This document shows positions 1 through 9,476 of a stretch of DNA of 64,000 nucleotides, piece by piece. Numbering within the stretch: the stretch's first letter is position 1; every line of letters begins with the position of its first letter. The notes below the pieces were generated by a model. That model searched no databases and was not told the DNA's origin. It was given only the letters and a program-made list of their open reading frames with translations. This DNA is from a virus: the IMG/VR virus record IMGVR_UViG_3300031576_000038, positions 754 to 64,753 of that record; one strand, written 5' to 3'. A program made the translations under genes and the position numbers.

Positions 1-112
1 TGTACCGTCGATTGATACCGAGCGTGAAGTTCACGACTTTCTTCCCACCATCGGTGGTTTTGATTTCCGGGTCGCGAACGAAGTTACCCAGAAAATGACA
101 CTGATTCATCAT
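1..112 (-). CDS. ssb: single-stranded DNA-binding protein (SSB), N-terminal part; gene continues beyond window start
   Basis: Minus-strand translation from the ATGATG at 107-112 gives MMNQCHFLGNFVRDPEIKTTDGGKKVVNFTLGINRRY, the canonical SSB OB-fold start. A GGAGG sits upstream. The ORF runs off the window edge. Confidence 0.6.
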   Translation of the reverse strand, partial: MMNQCHFLGNFVRDPEIKTTDGGKKVVNFTLGINRRY

Positions 113-179
113 GGCCAATGGCCCTCCGAAAATTGGGTTGAAGTACATTGCGTTGGCCCAACCCATCAATGGCCAACTA

Positions 180-1841
180 TCAACTCGCCTGCCAAACTTT
201 CTTGACTATGAGTGTGTTCGAGTCCTTCTTGTTGTCGCGTTCACCTTGGATGATGACGGTGTTGCCATGTGTCAGCAACCCACCGTATTCGCGCCACGTC
301 TCAGGAAAACAGACCACGTCTTCGAGAGCACAACTGGAGTCTGAGATGGTGAGGAATGCCATCTTCTGGCCAGCACTCTTGCCCTTCTTGGTCTTGACCT
401 CGCGGAACTGCTGGACTTCCACGCCGAACATCAGGAATCCGGCACGGCCGGCAAGGTAGTCTTTGCACGTGACGTTGACCATGCTCTGGTCGCACGAGTC
501 AATTTTCGAGCACGTGATGCTGATGCCGAGAAGCTGTTCTTCGAGCCACGCAATCCAGTGAGGGGTATCGACCTGAGCAGAGGGAGGGTTGTCCAGGACC
601 TGCTTCTGCGACTGGATGAAGCTGATGCGATTCTTGTTTGCCGCGCCGCCGCCTTCCTTCTTGGTTCGAGCGAGCGGCCCGAGCACGAAGCTAAGGTTCC
701 GTTGAGATGGTAGTCTCGATGGGTCCTGATGCCAATTCTGAACCCATTGTTGTTCCTTCTCGGTCAGCTTCGACCAGGCGTGGTACTCGGCGAGCATCCG
801 GCTGCGGGTCATGCTGAACCAGCGTAGGGCTCCCACTTCGATGAGGCGGCACACGACGTTGGTCGAGAGAGAGTTCGAGAGATTGACCAGGAAGTCGAAC
901 CAGTCCATCTTACCGAGGTCTTTGGGCTCTTCTCCAACGGCCTCGATGAGCTTCTTGATTTGTCCGTCACCCACGCCCTTGATGTCTGTCAGACCGAATC
1001 GAATCACCTTCCGGTCTGTTTGAAAGTTAGGCTCCAAAGACCTCAAGTCAGGCGGCTCGACGACAATATCAAAAAGCTTTGCGTCATTCACAAGCTCGTT
1101 GATTTCTTGGAGCGGGTCTTGCTTGAACTGAGCGTTCAGCAACCAACTGGTGAAGAAGGCGACCGGGAAGTGAGCCTTGATGTACGCGGACTTGTAGCCG
1201 GTGATGCCGTAGGAACAAGCGTGGCTCTTGTTGAAGCTGTACCGCTGTGACTTTTCAATCCACCCGAAGACTTCCTCGGCCTGCTCTTTGCTGATGATGC
1301 CCGTCTTCTGGACTCCCTCAATAAACATAGTCTTACACTTGGCCATTTCAGCTGGAAGCTTTTTGCCAATGGCTTTTCGCAGCACGTCAGCTTCTTGGAG
1401 GGAGAACCCGGCCACAGCCTGGGCAATGGCCATCGCCTGTTCCTGGTAAGTGAGCACGTTGTAAGTGGGCCACAAGATGGCGTCGATAGCCGGGTGGTAG
1501 GGGCGGATGTCCGCCTCTTTGTTCTTGCGACGGCAGTAGTGCTGTGTCATGCTGATGCCGTCTTCGTCCACGGCTCGCAAGCAACCTGGTCGGAGCAACG
1601 CTCCCAGCGCGGTGATGTGCTCGTAGCATTCCGGCTTGAGCTTCTTGGTCCACTGTTTGCCTAAATTGGATTCGAGTTGGAAGACACCCTTGGTGAGACC
1701 GCGACCGAGCAGCCCCCAGGTTGCTGGGCAGGCTTCGGGAGCAAGGTCGCAGTCGAAATTCAAAAAGGGCACAACGTCAGGCGGCGGATTCTCTTCGATG
1801 ATGGGCCAGGCGCAGCCACATGGAAACTGATACAGATTCAT
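180..1841 (-). CDS. dnaE: DNA polymerase III alpha (DnaE), C-terminal fragment (fingers, beta-binding, OB fold)
   Basis: The 553 aa ORF carries GVFQLES and FNKSHACSYGITGYKSAYIKAHFP, which are DnaE fingers motifs. It has no PHP or palm domain. The partner ORF is at 3649-5652. Confidence 0.85.
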   Translation of the reverse strand: MNLYQFPCGCAWPIIEENPPPDVVPFLNFDCDLAPEACPATWGLLGRGLTKGVFQLESNLGKQWTKKLKPECYEHITALGALLRPGCLRAVDEDGISMTQHYCRRKNKEADIRPYHPAIDAILWPTYNVLTYQEQAMAIAQAVAGFSLQEADVLRKAIGKKLPAEMAKCKTMFIEGVQKTGIISKEQAEEVFGWIEKSQRYSFNKSHACSYGITGYKSAYIKAHFPVAFFTSWLLNAQFKQDPLQEINELVNDAKLFDIVVEPPDLRSLEPNFQTDRKVIRFGLTDIKGVGDGQIKKLIEAVGEEPKDLGKMDWFDFLVNLSNSLSTNVVCRLIEVGALRWFSMTRSRMLAEYHAWSKLTEKEQQWVQNWHQDPSRLPSQRNLSFVLGPLARTKKEGGGAANKNRISFIQSQKQVLDNPPSAQVDTPHWIAWLEEQLLGISITCSKIDSCDQSMVNVTCKDYLAGRAGFLMFGVEVQQFREVKTKKGKSAGQKMAFLTISDSSCALEDVVCFPETWREYGGLLTHGNTVIIQGERDNKKDSNTLIVKKVWQAS

Positions 1842-2104
1842 CTTTTGCCTCCGAGTGTAACCGCATCAATCTCAAGTGGCATACCGCCAAGCGTAATAAC
1901 GATTGGGGGCTGCGGCCTAACATTGTGAAGAATCATGTGCTCGCCTTCGACCGTGTCGAAGTGCCAGTCACCGTTTGGCAATGCCTCGATGTCACCAGCG
2001 ACCTTTATCTCTCGGTTCCACAAGTCAGGACCGTCATACCAATTGAGGGTTCCTTCAAACTCAAGAACTACTGCTCCGAAGCGCACCTTCATAGGATGCC
2101 CCAC
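1838..2104 (-). CDS. hypothetical protein
   Basis: 88 aa ORF packed between the DnaE C-fragment and the next gene. Confidence 0.35.
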   Translation of the reverse strand: MGHPMKVRFGAVVLEFEGTLNWYDGPDLWNREIKVAGDIEALPNGDWHFDTVEGEHMILHNVRPQPPIVITLGGMPLEIDAVTLGGKR

Positions 2105-2301
2105 ATTTTGTAGTGAGCCAGGACTTCACCCAGGGTCGGGTCGGGGATGGCGTGATGACATTCTTCAATGTAGAAGTGCGTTTCTTGTAACAACGGCTTC
2201 AGCTTCTTCAGCACTGCTTTCGCAGCTTTTGCTGTTGTGAAAGTGGCAACCGTGCCTTCACAGGCGCAGTCCTCTTTGTCTTTCCATCGAAGAATGTGCA
2301 T
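2089..2301 (-). CDS. hypothetical protein
   Basis: 70 aa ORF in the packed minus-strand block. Confidence 0.35.
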   Translation of the reverse strand: MHILRWKDKEDCACEGTVATFTTAKAAKAVLKKLKPLLQETHFYIEECHHAIPDPTLGEVLAHYKMWGIL

Positions 2302-2648
2302 TAGTTGAGACTCGCCGTCATGCCATAGATGATGCGGTAGCCCACGAGTTCGCAGGCTGCCCGCATCGCCAGAGCCCCGGCTGCAAATGTGTCTGCTTCA
2401 GCCTGGGTCTGACCAACAAAGACGAAATAGTCGCTGAGGCTTCGTAGCTCTGGCTCGTTGACGCAAGCCTCAACGACTCTTCCTTCTTCACCTTCGACAC
2501 GTTGCAGTCCCAAATGACGCAAGTTGAGCTTGCCGTCTGGACACACCCAGCCGTTGCCTTGCTTGGTCAGCGGAATGGTCTCCGACAACCAGGACTTGTA
2601 GCTCGGCCGATGGACCCACAAGATGACTGCATATCGTTGCTTTGTCAT
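2301..2648 (-). CDS. hypothetical protein
   Basis: Start chosen at MTKQRY. Its ATG overlaps the stop of the upstream exonuclease gene as ATGA. Confidence 0.45.
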   Translation of the reverse strand: MTKQRYAVILWVHRPSYKSWLSETIPLTKQGNGWVCPDGKLNLRHLGLQRVEGEEGRVVEACVNEPELRSLSDYFVFVGQTQAEADTFAAGALAMRAACELVGYRIIYGMTASLN

Positions 2649-3298
2649 GCGGCACCCTTGAGAGAGCCCTTGAACTTGATGACCTGCTTCTTCTGAAGGT
2701 AACGACACAGCTTCAGAAACTTCATGATGAGCACGCCGGTCTGCCGAGCGTCAATCAGAGCGTTGTGAGCGCCGTCCAGCGTCAGGCCGAACCACGGCCG
2801 GAGGGTGTCCATGTTGAACTTCTCGGGCTCGCGTTCGTTCTCGAACCAGTGGAACATGAAGTCTTCCAGGTCGAGTTGGGTCCGCCGACTGAAGAGAACG
2901 GTCTTCTCCTTCTTCGGTCCATGCAGCAGGTTCAACTGCTCGGCGAACAGCAAGTCGAACGACCTGATGTTCTTGCCGGCCGCGATGGGAGCCATGAACT
3001 GAGTGCCCTTCGGATTGAAGCGGTTCACCCATTCGATGAACTGGTTCCACACAACGGCCTGGTCCGGAGCCTTCTCAAGCTCCTCGCGCGTGATGCGGTT
3101 GATTTTCAACGCCTCATCCTGGAGACGGTCAAAGTGGAGCGGCTTCATGACCGCGTAGAACTCGCCGCCCTTTTCGATGGGGTACGGCTCCAGGCTGCGG
3201 CAGTTGTAAGCTTTGCCGGCGACCGAGATGGCCTCGTGAAACTTCGGGTCGAGACCACCGGTCTCAAAATCAAACACCACAATGTCCACATGATTCAT
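2645..3298 (-). CDS. DnaQ-like 3'-5' exonuclease (DEDDh family, epsilon-like)
   Basis: Motifs VVFDFETGG (Exo I) and HNALIDARQT (Exo III). Start placed at MNHVDIVVFDFETGG, preceded by GGAGG. A longer N-terminus up to 3430 is possible. Confidence 0.7.
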   Translation of the reverse strand: MNHVDIVVFDFETGGLDPKFHEAISVAGKAYNCRSLEPYPIEKGGEFYAVMKPLHFDRLQDEALKINRITREELEKAPDQAVVWNQFIEWVNRFNPKGTQFMAPIAAGKNIRSFDLLFAEQLNLLHGPKKEKTVLFSRRTQLDLEDFMFHWFENEREPEKFNMDTLRPWFGLTLDGAHNALIDARQTGVLIMKFLKLCRYLQKKQVIKFKGSLKGAA

Positions 3299-3638
3299 GT
3301 GGCGGTTCCTCCAACGGTGCCTGTTGAGGTTCGGACTCTTCAACCGGCACCAGGCTGAGAAGAGCGCCGCCGTCTTTTTGGTCAACGCGAATTTCCAAAG
3401 CGGATTCGTGACAAACGTTCGTGATGTCATCAGTCACAAAGATTTCGCCGCCGGCTGCCATGAGCACTGCGGCAATGGTTTCGCGGCCACGGTGGAAGTT
3501 CACTGCGGCCCGCTGGTTCGCTTCGACCAGCGCCATTTCGAGTGACGAGACAAGTTGGTTCTGTAGTTGCAGCAGGTTTTCGAGTTCCTGAATCTGCACT
3601 TCGGCGGGCGTCTTCTTTTTGAAAAACCATCCAAGCAT
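3270..3638 (-). CDS. hypothetical coiled-coil protein
   Basis: Internal start at MLGWFFKKK, immediately after the stop of the DnaE N-fragment. Confidence 0.4.
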   Translation of the reverse strand: MLGWFFKKKTPAEVQIQELENLLQLQNQLVSSLEMALVEANQRAAVNFHRGRETIAAVLMAAGGEIFVTDDITNVCHESALEIRVDQKDGGALLSLVPVEESEPQQAPLEEPPHESCGHCGV

Positions 3639-3648
3639 TGGTGAGTCC

Positions 3649-5652
3649 TTACGCGCGGCCAGTTCTGATAATGTTCTCAGCCCCCATGATGCAGTCGAGA
3701 GTCCTGAGCCCGAGGATGTCGAACTTGACCAGGCCCATCTCTTCTGCGTCACGCATGTCTACGCCGACAATCATGTGGCCGGAGGATTTGTCGAAGACCA
3801 TTGGGACGATGTCAGACAACACCTCTGACGTGATGATGAGTCCGCTCGCGTGCTTGCCCTGGGACCTCTTTGTCCCCTCAAGGCGTATAGCCTGTGCGAA
3901 CTCGATTGCAAGAGGACCTTCGAGGTCCCCCTTGTCGTTGATGAAGCACCACTCCTTCAGTGCCTCAGCGTTGTTCTCCAGTGCCCAGTGAATAATCGAC
4001 GACTCGCCGGTCTCTTCCATCATCTCCTGCAACTCGTCGGCAATGGCCGACTCGTCCGGGATGTGTTCGGTAATGCGATTCATCTCTTCGTAGTTGCAGC
4101 GTTCACGCGCTCGCAACACGTCTTTCATTGCACCGCGCCCTTGCATACGACTGAAGGTCACCATCTGGCAGACCCTGTCCTCGCCGTACTTCTGGCGGAT
4201 GTAGGCGATGACCAGTTCGCGAATGCGAATGGGGAAGTCGGAGTCGATGTCGGGCAGGGCCACGCGGTCTTTGGTGTTACGGCCGGCGTTGTAGAAACGC
4301 TCGAAGATGAGGCCGAAGGCCAGCGGGTCAATCTTGGTGATGCCGATGAGATAGGACACCAGGCAGCCAGCTGCCGAGCCGCGACCTTCGCCAACGCGGG
4401 ACTTCAGTTGCTCAACGGCGAACCGGATGAAGTCTTGCACAATGAGAAAATAGGATGAAAGTCCAGCTTCGGTGAGAACCTGGAGTTCGCTCTTCACACG
4501 CTCGGCGTACTTCGCCTGGTCCTTCTTTGGGACCTTGGTTGTAATCTTCTTGGTCCATCCGTCCCTGGCCAATTGACGCAGGTAGTCGTCAGGAGTCATG
4601 CCCCCGGGACACTGGAAGGTCGGAAGCATGGGCTTGCCAGAAATTTTGATGGGCTCGCACATCTCGCCGATGAGACGAGCATTGCTCAGTTCTTCATCGG
4701 TGTGGAGTTCGAGCATCTCACCTGAAGTCGGAATGTGGTAGCGATTGGACTTGAAGAACGCGCCCAGGCCCACGTCTTCAGCCGCATCGAGCTTGCGCTG
4801 GACCTCCTTGAGGGTGGTTTCAAGGGCTGAGCAGAGGAGGATGCGTTGGTCGGCGGCGTCCTCCATGCGTGGATAGTGAGAGTCGGCCGTGGCGACGGAA
4901 GGCGTGTGCGTTTGGAACGCGGCTTCGCGAAGGCACTCCGCAACGACGACCGATGGCGGCAAGTTCGCGTGGTCAACCAGTTGAATCTCGACCCAAAAGT
5001 TCTTCTCGCCGAACAGCGATTTGTAGCGGGCGATGGTCAGCTTGGCTTGCTCCAACCAGTCGGACCGCAACATGCCCTTTGCCTGCTCATATGTTCGAGC
5101 CCCAAACGCAGCCTTCGGTTCCGCGAACAAGCAGTTCGCCAGGTCCGAGCCCATGTGCCCGCTGAACGTGATGAAGTTGCCCTTGCTGTAACTGGCCAAC
5201 CTCTCCAGGTCTAAGCGTGGCTTGCGATAGAAGACTTCGGGCTTGTTGGACGCGCTGGATGCCTGCACCAGCCCTTTCCATCCGGCCGGGTTCTTGGCGA
5301 GCACGCACAGGTGACTATGGAAGCCGTTCGTCTTGTCGCGAACTGTGGCGTCACGCTGGGCGATGTAGAACTCGCAGCCGGCGATAGCTTTCACGCCAGC
5401 CTTCTCGAACTTCTTGCATCCGCAGCCCTTCTGACATTCCTCGCCGTTGTGATGGATACGCTTAGGATGGCCGCATTTGCAGACGCTGCCCAGGGCTGAG
5501 AGGAACGATGGCACCCCAGCGATGGTGCCGTGGTCGGTGAGAGCGCAGCCGGCGAATCCGTTCTCGATAATGCGTTCAGCAATCTGCTCGGGCTTGGAAA
5601 GCCCGTCAAGCAGAGAGAAATGCGAATGCGTATGCAATGGGAACCAACTCAT
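3649..5652 (-). CDS. dnaE: DNA polymerase III alpha (DnaE), N-terminal fragment (PHP and palm domains)
   Basis: The 667 aa ORF starts MSWFPLHTHSHFSLLDG, a PHP domain. It carries PDIDSDFP and FDILGLRTL palm motifs. It ends where the E. coli alignment reaches about residue 575. No intein motifs are visible. Confidence 0.85.
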   Translation of the reverse strand: MSWFPLHTHSHFSLLDGLSKPEQIAERIIENGFAGCALTDHGTIAGVPSFLSALGSVCKCGHPKRIHHNGEECQKGCGCKKFEKAGVKAIAGCEFYIAQRDATVRDKTNGFHSHLCVLAKNPAGWKGLVQASSASNKPEVFYRKPRLDLERLASYSKGNFITFSGHMGSDLANCLFAEPKAAFGARTYEQAKGMLRSDWLEQAKLTIARYKSLFGEKNFWVEIQLVDHANLPPSVVVAECLREAAFQTHTPSVATADSHYPRMEDAADQRILLCSALETTLKEVQRKLDAAEDVGLGAFFKSNRYHIPTSGEMLELHTDEELSNARLIGEMCEPIKISGKPMLPTFQCPGGMTPDDYLRQLARDGWTKKITTKVPKKDQAKYAERVKSELQVLTEAGLSSYFLIVQDFIRFAVEQLKSRVGEGRGSAAGCLVSYLIGITKIDPLAFGLIFERFYNAGRNTKDRVALPDIDSDFPIRIRELVIAYIRQKYGEDRVCQMVTFSRMQGRGAMKDVLRARERCNYEEMNRITEHIPDESAIADELQEMMEETGESSIIHWALENNAEALKEWCFINDKGDLEGPLAIEFAQAIRLEGTKRSQGKHASGLIITSEVLSDIVPMVFDKSSGHMIVGVDMRDAEEMGLVKFDILGLRTLDCIMGAENIIRTGRA

Positions 5653-5798
5653 GTGCTCTCCTGTTCTTTTTTCAGAAGGCGGCGAAGCCGCTTGCTTGAG
5701 TTTCGTTTTGCTTTGCGGGCCATACCGCGCTTCGACTGGATGGTCCCGGCATCATTACTCTGGGTGATGGTCTTGGCTGTTACTTCTTTGCGTTTCAT
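5649..5798 (-). CDS. small basic protein (49 aa)
   Basis: Reads MKRKEVTAKTITQSNDAGTIQSKRGMARKAKRNSSKRLRRLLKKEQEST. Its TGA stop overlaps the ATG of the DnaE N-fragment. Confidence 0.3.
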   Translation of the reverse strand: MKRKEVTAKTITQSNDAGTIQSKRGMARKAKRNSSKRLRRLLKKEQEST

Positions 5799-5800
5799 GG

Positions 5801-6412
5801 TTAGGCTGCTGCATTTATGTGTCGGTGGTTCAAGGTTACCAGACGGTAGAACTCATAAAATTGCTGCTCAGTAAGTTTGCCTTTCATGAGGTTGATTACT
5901 TTGTGGCACCACACGAGGTTAGGTGCTGAATATGACAAGTTTGAATCAAGCCTATCTAATGAGGCACAATCTGGACGACGCAACTCTCTATTGCTGGCTG
6001 GCATGTGCAAAGGTAGGCGTGTGTAATAACACGCGCGTTCCTGAAGAAGAAACTGTTTCCACAACTCGTCTGGCGTTGCCTCAAACGCAATACTTCGCTT
6101 TTGCGCACTTTTGAGAACCATCTTCATCGTGGCATGAGATAACTCACCAGCGAGAGGAGGCGGCGGTTGCCGCCCAGAGATTAGGTTACATCGGGCACAC
6201 CCGACACTTTGATGCCTGTGAAGTCTACTGCCTAGTCGCACGCTTTCATATCCACAATGGATACACTTACAATCCCAAAGTGCTCCATGAGGACTTGTCT
6301 TGGTGCTTCTCCCAAGCGCTTGTTGTGTCCCAAATATCTGCCCAGCAATATCAAATGCTAGACAAAATTTGCCATCTTCGCGATTTCTGTTTGGTATACT
6401 AGGCATCATCTT
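5801..6412 (-). CDS. hypothetical Cys/His-rich protein
   Basis: Internal start at MMPSIPN. Carries CIHCGYES and GCARC zinc-binding-like motifs. Confidence 0.4.
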   Translation of the reverse strand, partial: KMMPSIPNRNREDGKFCLAFDIAGQIFGTQQALGRSTKTSPHGALWDCKCIHCGYESVRLGSRLHRHQSVGCARCNLISGRQPPPPLAGELSHATMKMVLKSAQKRSIAFEATPDELWKQFLLQERACYYTRLPLHMPASNRELRRPDCASLDRLDSNLSYSAPNLVWCHKVINLMKGKLTEQQFYEFYRLVTLNHRHINAAA

Positions 6413-6860
6413 CTTGAAGTCCTTTCCGAATCTCCATGAGCAGCCGGCCCAGCCAGTTCTCGCCGTGGCCCTTGCAGATGCCCCAATAGACATCGCCCCA
6501 GGTGTTGCCTTCAACCAGCATGACGCTGCCGGTGTCGCGAAGTTGTTTGCCAAGCAAGCTGCCTTGCCTGAACTTCTGCGACAGTAGTCGCCGCATCACA
6601 TCGAGCTTGCGGTCATGCCAGTCAGTCGGCAGCAGGTGCTTGCAGGCTTCGGCAACCTTCTTTGCCTGCCCAGGCGTCTTTGCAGCCTTCACCAACTCGC
6701 GCGGCTCCTTGAGCGTGGGCCAGTGGCCGATGAACTTCTCGTACTGATAGGCGTGCTCGACGGTCGGCAGTTCCATGCCGTCTGCGGCCTTGACCATAGA
6801 CGGCCAGAAGTTGCTCAGGAAACGATTGGGGCCTGTGAAGGAACGAATCACCGGGTCCAT
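6399..6860 (-). CDS. NADAR (YbiA-like) domain protein
   Basis: Reads NRFLSNFWPS, PTVEHAYQYEKF and GNTWGDVYWGICKGHGENWLGRLLMEIRK. This lines up with the E. coli YbiA motifs FSNFAAWP, PTSEHYFQAQKF and DAYWGDGGHGKGKNRLGYLLMELRE. Confidence 0.8.
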   Translation of the reverse strand: MDPVIRSFTGPNRFLSNFWPSMVKAADGMELPTVEHAYQYEKFIGHWPTLKEPRELVKAAKTPGQAKKVAEACKHLLPTDWHDRKLDVMRRLLSQKFRQGSLLGKQLRDTGSVMLVEGNTWGDVYWGICKGHGENWLGRLLMEIRKGLQEDDA

Positions 6861-7297
6861 GTTGCACCTTTTGCTTTGCGGTCGTAGAGCACAATCGAGC
6901 CGGCTACTGCGAAGTTGAGACATTGAGTCGTTGGAATCTGGATGCAAGGGAACTGCTTCAGCAGTGCATCCGGTAGTCCACCACCTTCGCTGCCAAGCAG
7001 ATAGATGGCCTGGGCTGGGTGGACGAACTTCGGCAAGGAGAAGCTTCGCTCTGTCAGTTCAATGCACACCAAGCGCGAGTTCAGCGGCCGATGCGACAGC
7101 ATGTCCTCAAGGTCCTGGTAGTTGTAGCACGGCATATGCTGGGCGCTGTTGACTGTGTCCGATGACTGCCTCTTGTACTTCCTGCCCACCGTAAAGAGAA
7201 AATCGGCCTCGAACGCAAGAGCACTTCGGAACAAGGTCCCAACATTGCATTCCTTCTCCGGATACCAAATGCCAATACCGGCGTAGCCCCTAGACAT
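6848..7297 (-). CDS. SpoU/TrmL-like RNA 2'-O-methyltransferase (SPOUT)
   Basis: Start at MSRGYAGIGIW with GAGGAGG upstream. Carries LLGSEGGGLP and SIVLYD, motifs seen in the TrmH/TrmL family. Confidence 0.6.
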   Translation of the reverse strand: MSRGYAGIGIWYPEKECNVGTLFRSALAFEADFLFTVGRKYKRQSSDTVNSAQHMPCYNYQDLEDMLSHRPLNSRLVCIELTERSFSLPKFVHPAQAIYLLGSEGGGLPDALLKQFPCIQIPTTQCLNFAVAGSIVLYDRKAKGATWTR

Positions 7298-7493
7298 GGC
7301 CAACCTCCTCGTGATGACAGTCGAGACAGCGAAGGACAGGACCTTCGCCAAACTCAGCGTCAGTCAAGGCAAACAATGGAACGTCACACACAGGGCACAA
7401 ATAGTCCCTGACATAGATGCCGTCGTCGTGGTAAATAGACCGCAAGAACTCCTTGCCGTATGAGCATAGCTCACGGTAGCTGACGAGAATCAT
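7290..7493 (-). CDS. small zinc-ribbon protein
   Basis: CPVCD and CLDCHH motifs. Its stop overlaps the methyltransferase start. Confidence 0.4.
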   Translation of the reverse strand: MILVSYRELCSYGKEFLRSIYHDDGIYVRDYLCPVCDVPLFALTDAEFGEGPVLRCLDCHHEEVGHV

Positions 7494-8227
7494 AGCAAGT
7501 TCTCAATGACAAGCTGCGACCAGTTTTCGTAACGGTCGAGCAAGCTCCTGTGCTGTGAGACAGGCAAGAACTTGCCATTCTCCACCGCCGGGTCGCGAAA
7601 AGACAGCGGAGCGAAACCAACTTGAATCTGATGAACGATGCCGAAGTGGACCTTGCCAACGTCATCGCTGTCGTCATTGATGAGGCCGACGATGTTGGAG
7701 CTTCGCATCATACGAAGCGACACTTCCTCGTTCAGTTCTCGCCAGAAGGCAATGTCGTAGGCTTCGCCAGGTTCGCCGTCTGCCGGGTTGATGTGTCCGC
7801 CGACGCCGACTGACCACTTATCGTGCAGGCGGCTCTCGCCGCCCTTCTTCGTGCGCTGATAGCAGAAGACGTGGTTGTTGCGCCGCAAGATGGTATACGG
7901 GATGAGTTGCTTCAACTTCGGGTCCTTCTCAGCGCGGTCGCGGTCCACATAGAACAGGTTCTCCGGCGTGAGAATGGCAGACCGATAACGAAAAATTTCG
8001 GCCGGGTCCGCAATGATACCCTGGAACGTGCCGAGGAAGTCGAGCAGGTTCGCGTAGAAGCACAGCACCTGCTCGCCATTGTACTTCGATACCGGAACCG
8101 GAACTGGCTCAGGCTCAGCAGGAAGAGGCCAGTCAATGGCCGGCGGTTGGATTACCGGCAGCGGCACCGACGCCGGCGCGAGTGGCTTCTTCTTGAACAG
8201 ACCAGCGAAGAATTTGGAAAGGCTCAT
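7490..8227 (-). CDS. Nudix hydrolase with proline-rich N-terminus
   Basis: Nudix-box-like GGHINPADGEPGEAYDIAFWRELNEEVSL. Confidence 0.55.
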   Translation of the reverse strand: MSLSKFFAGLFKKKPLAPASVPLPVIQPPAIDWPLPAEPEPVPVPVSKYNGEQVLCFYANLLDFLGTFQGIIADPAEIFRYRSAILTPENLFYVDRDRAEKDPKLKQLIPYTILRRNNHVFCYQRTKKGGESRLHDKWSVGVGGHINPADGEPGEAYDIAFWRELNEEVSLRMMRSSNIVGLINDDSDDVGKVHFGIVHQIQVGFAPLSFRDPAVENGKFLPVSQHRSLLDRYENWSQLVIENLL

Positions 8228-9252
8228 TATGGCTTCCTTTGCTCTGCGGCTCGCCCGCCGCCGTCTCCGTATGCACGAAGGGCCTCGGGGTCACCATGCT
8301 TCTGAATCACCCGGTCCATTCCGAGTGCGATGGTTTCTTTCTTGATGTGCTGGCATATCGTTTCATCAGTGCCAGGGAACATCGTCTTGCCGAAGTGACA
8401 CAGCCGGTTGCACTTCCAGTCTGGATAGATGAGCTTTGGTCGCGTGCAGTTGCGAATCAGGTTGAAGCGCTTCTCCAGAATCTTCTTGGTGACTTCCAGG
8501 TCACTACGATTGAAGTCGAGCGTATAGGCACCGCCGTCGTTGATGAACACGATGGTGACTATGATTTCGGTTGCTTCCGGACACACCCGACTGAGGGCGT
8601 AGTGATAGAGGCGAAGCTGCGGGTCATTCCGCAAATCCTTCCACTCTTTTACTTTGCCAGTGGCCCAATCTTTGCGTTGGCCAGTCTTCCAGTCCACAAG
8701 CTCGATGACGCCGGGGCAGTCTTCCATTTCGCAGACCAGGTCCACGGTGCCCTTGAGCCCAAGGTAGCCTTCGATTTTGGAACCATCGGCCATCTTGTAG
8801 GAGTAGCGAGCCCAGGGCTCTTCGATGGTGAAGTCGAAATACTTCTCCGGCCACTTCACGATACGGTTGAGCGGATTGAACATGCCCTGAGACATGGTCA
8901 TCGCCTTGTAGGTCCAATCGCGGCAGTCGTCCAGGTCGGCCTCAGTCCAAATGTGCGTCGTCGGCCTGAGCTTCGTGTAACACTTCCATGCGAGGTCAAC
9001 AGCCTGGTCAGTCGTGAACTTCTTCACTGACCACTTCTCGCCAAGCTCTTCGTCCTCGAACACCTTCCTCTTCTGCTGAATCGCCAGCTTCTGTCTGGCC
9101 AGCAACTCCAGTGCCTTGTGGGTAATGGAGCCCTTGTCGGCCTTCTTATTGCCTGGCTCTCTCATGCCCAGCGTGTAGCTGATGAAGAATTTCTGCGGAC
9201 AAAAGTCCCAGGTGTTGTAACTGCTGCTACGAAGATAGAGTAAGGGAATCAT
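8227..9252 (-). CDS. PD-(D/E)XK nuclease, Cas4/RecB-family exonuclease-like
   Basis: Start at MIPLLYL. N-terminal CPQKFF, a DLVCEMEDCPGVIELVDWK nuclease motif, and a C-terminal Cys cluster CNRLCHFGKT...C. Confidence 0.6.
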   Translation of the reverse strand: MIPLLYLRSSSYNTWDFCPQKFFISYTLGMREPGNKKADKGSITHKALELLARQKLAIQQKRKVFEDEELGEKWSVKKFTTDQAVDLAWKCYTKLRPTTHIWTEADLDDCRDWTYKAMTMSQGMFNPLNRIVKWPEKYFDFTIEEPWARYSYKMADGSKIEGYLGLKGTVDLVCEMEDCPGVIELVDWKTGQRKDWATGKVKEWKDLRNDPQLRLYHYALSRVCPEATEIIVTIVFINDGGAYTLDFNRSDLEVTKKILEKRFNLIRNCTRPKLIYPDWKCNRLCHFGKTMFPGTDETICQHIKKETIALGMDRVIQKHGDPEALRAYGDGGGRAAEQRKP

Positions 9253-9476
9253 ACCAGGGGAGTCTCCTGCAAGAGGTCGCAATCCAAGCAGTGGTAATAA
9301 TGGTCTGAACCGCCGCCGTAATCGTAGTGAGTCCAATCTTCTCGGTGTTCGTGAGGACACGACTCTTGCAAGCAACGTAGCTTGGCTTGTAGGATTTTGC
9401 CTTTGGCCTTATGCTCGCGAATCCGCTGCTTGGCCTGCTCGACTTTGTCTTTGATGGTCTTCAAGCCACTTGGCAT
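9249..9476 (-). CDS. hypothetical protein (coiled coil plus zinc finger)
   Basis: Start at MPSGLKTIKDK. Third-position GC is high. An alternative overlapping frame runs 9409-9648. Confidence 0.35.
   Translation of the reverse strand: MPSGLKTIKDKVEQAKQRIREHKAKGKILQAKLRCLQESCPHEHREDWTHYDYGGGSDHYYHCLDCDLLQETPLV

Noticed and set aside
3649-5652. An intein or split-intein at the DnaE break.
   Set aside because: The N-fragment has no Cys/Ser-led intein N-block and the C-fragment has no HN-Cys/Ser/Thr C-block. The fragment lengths are fully accounted for by polymerase domains.
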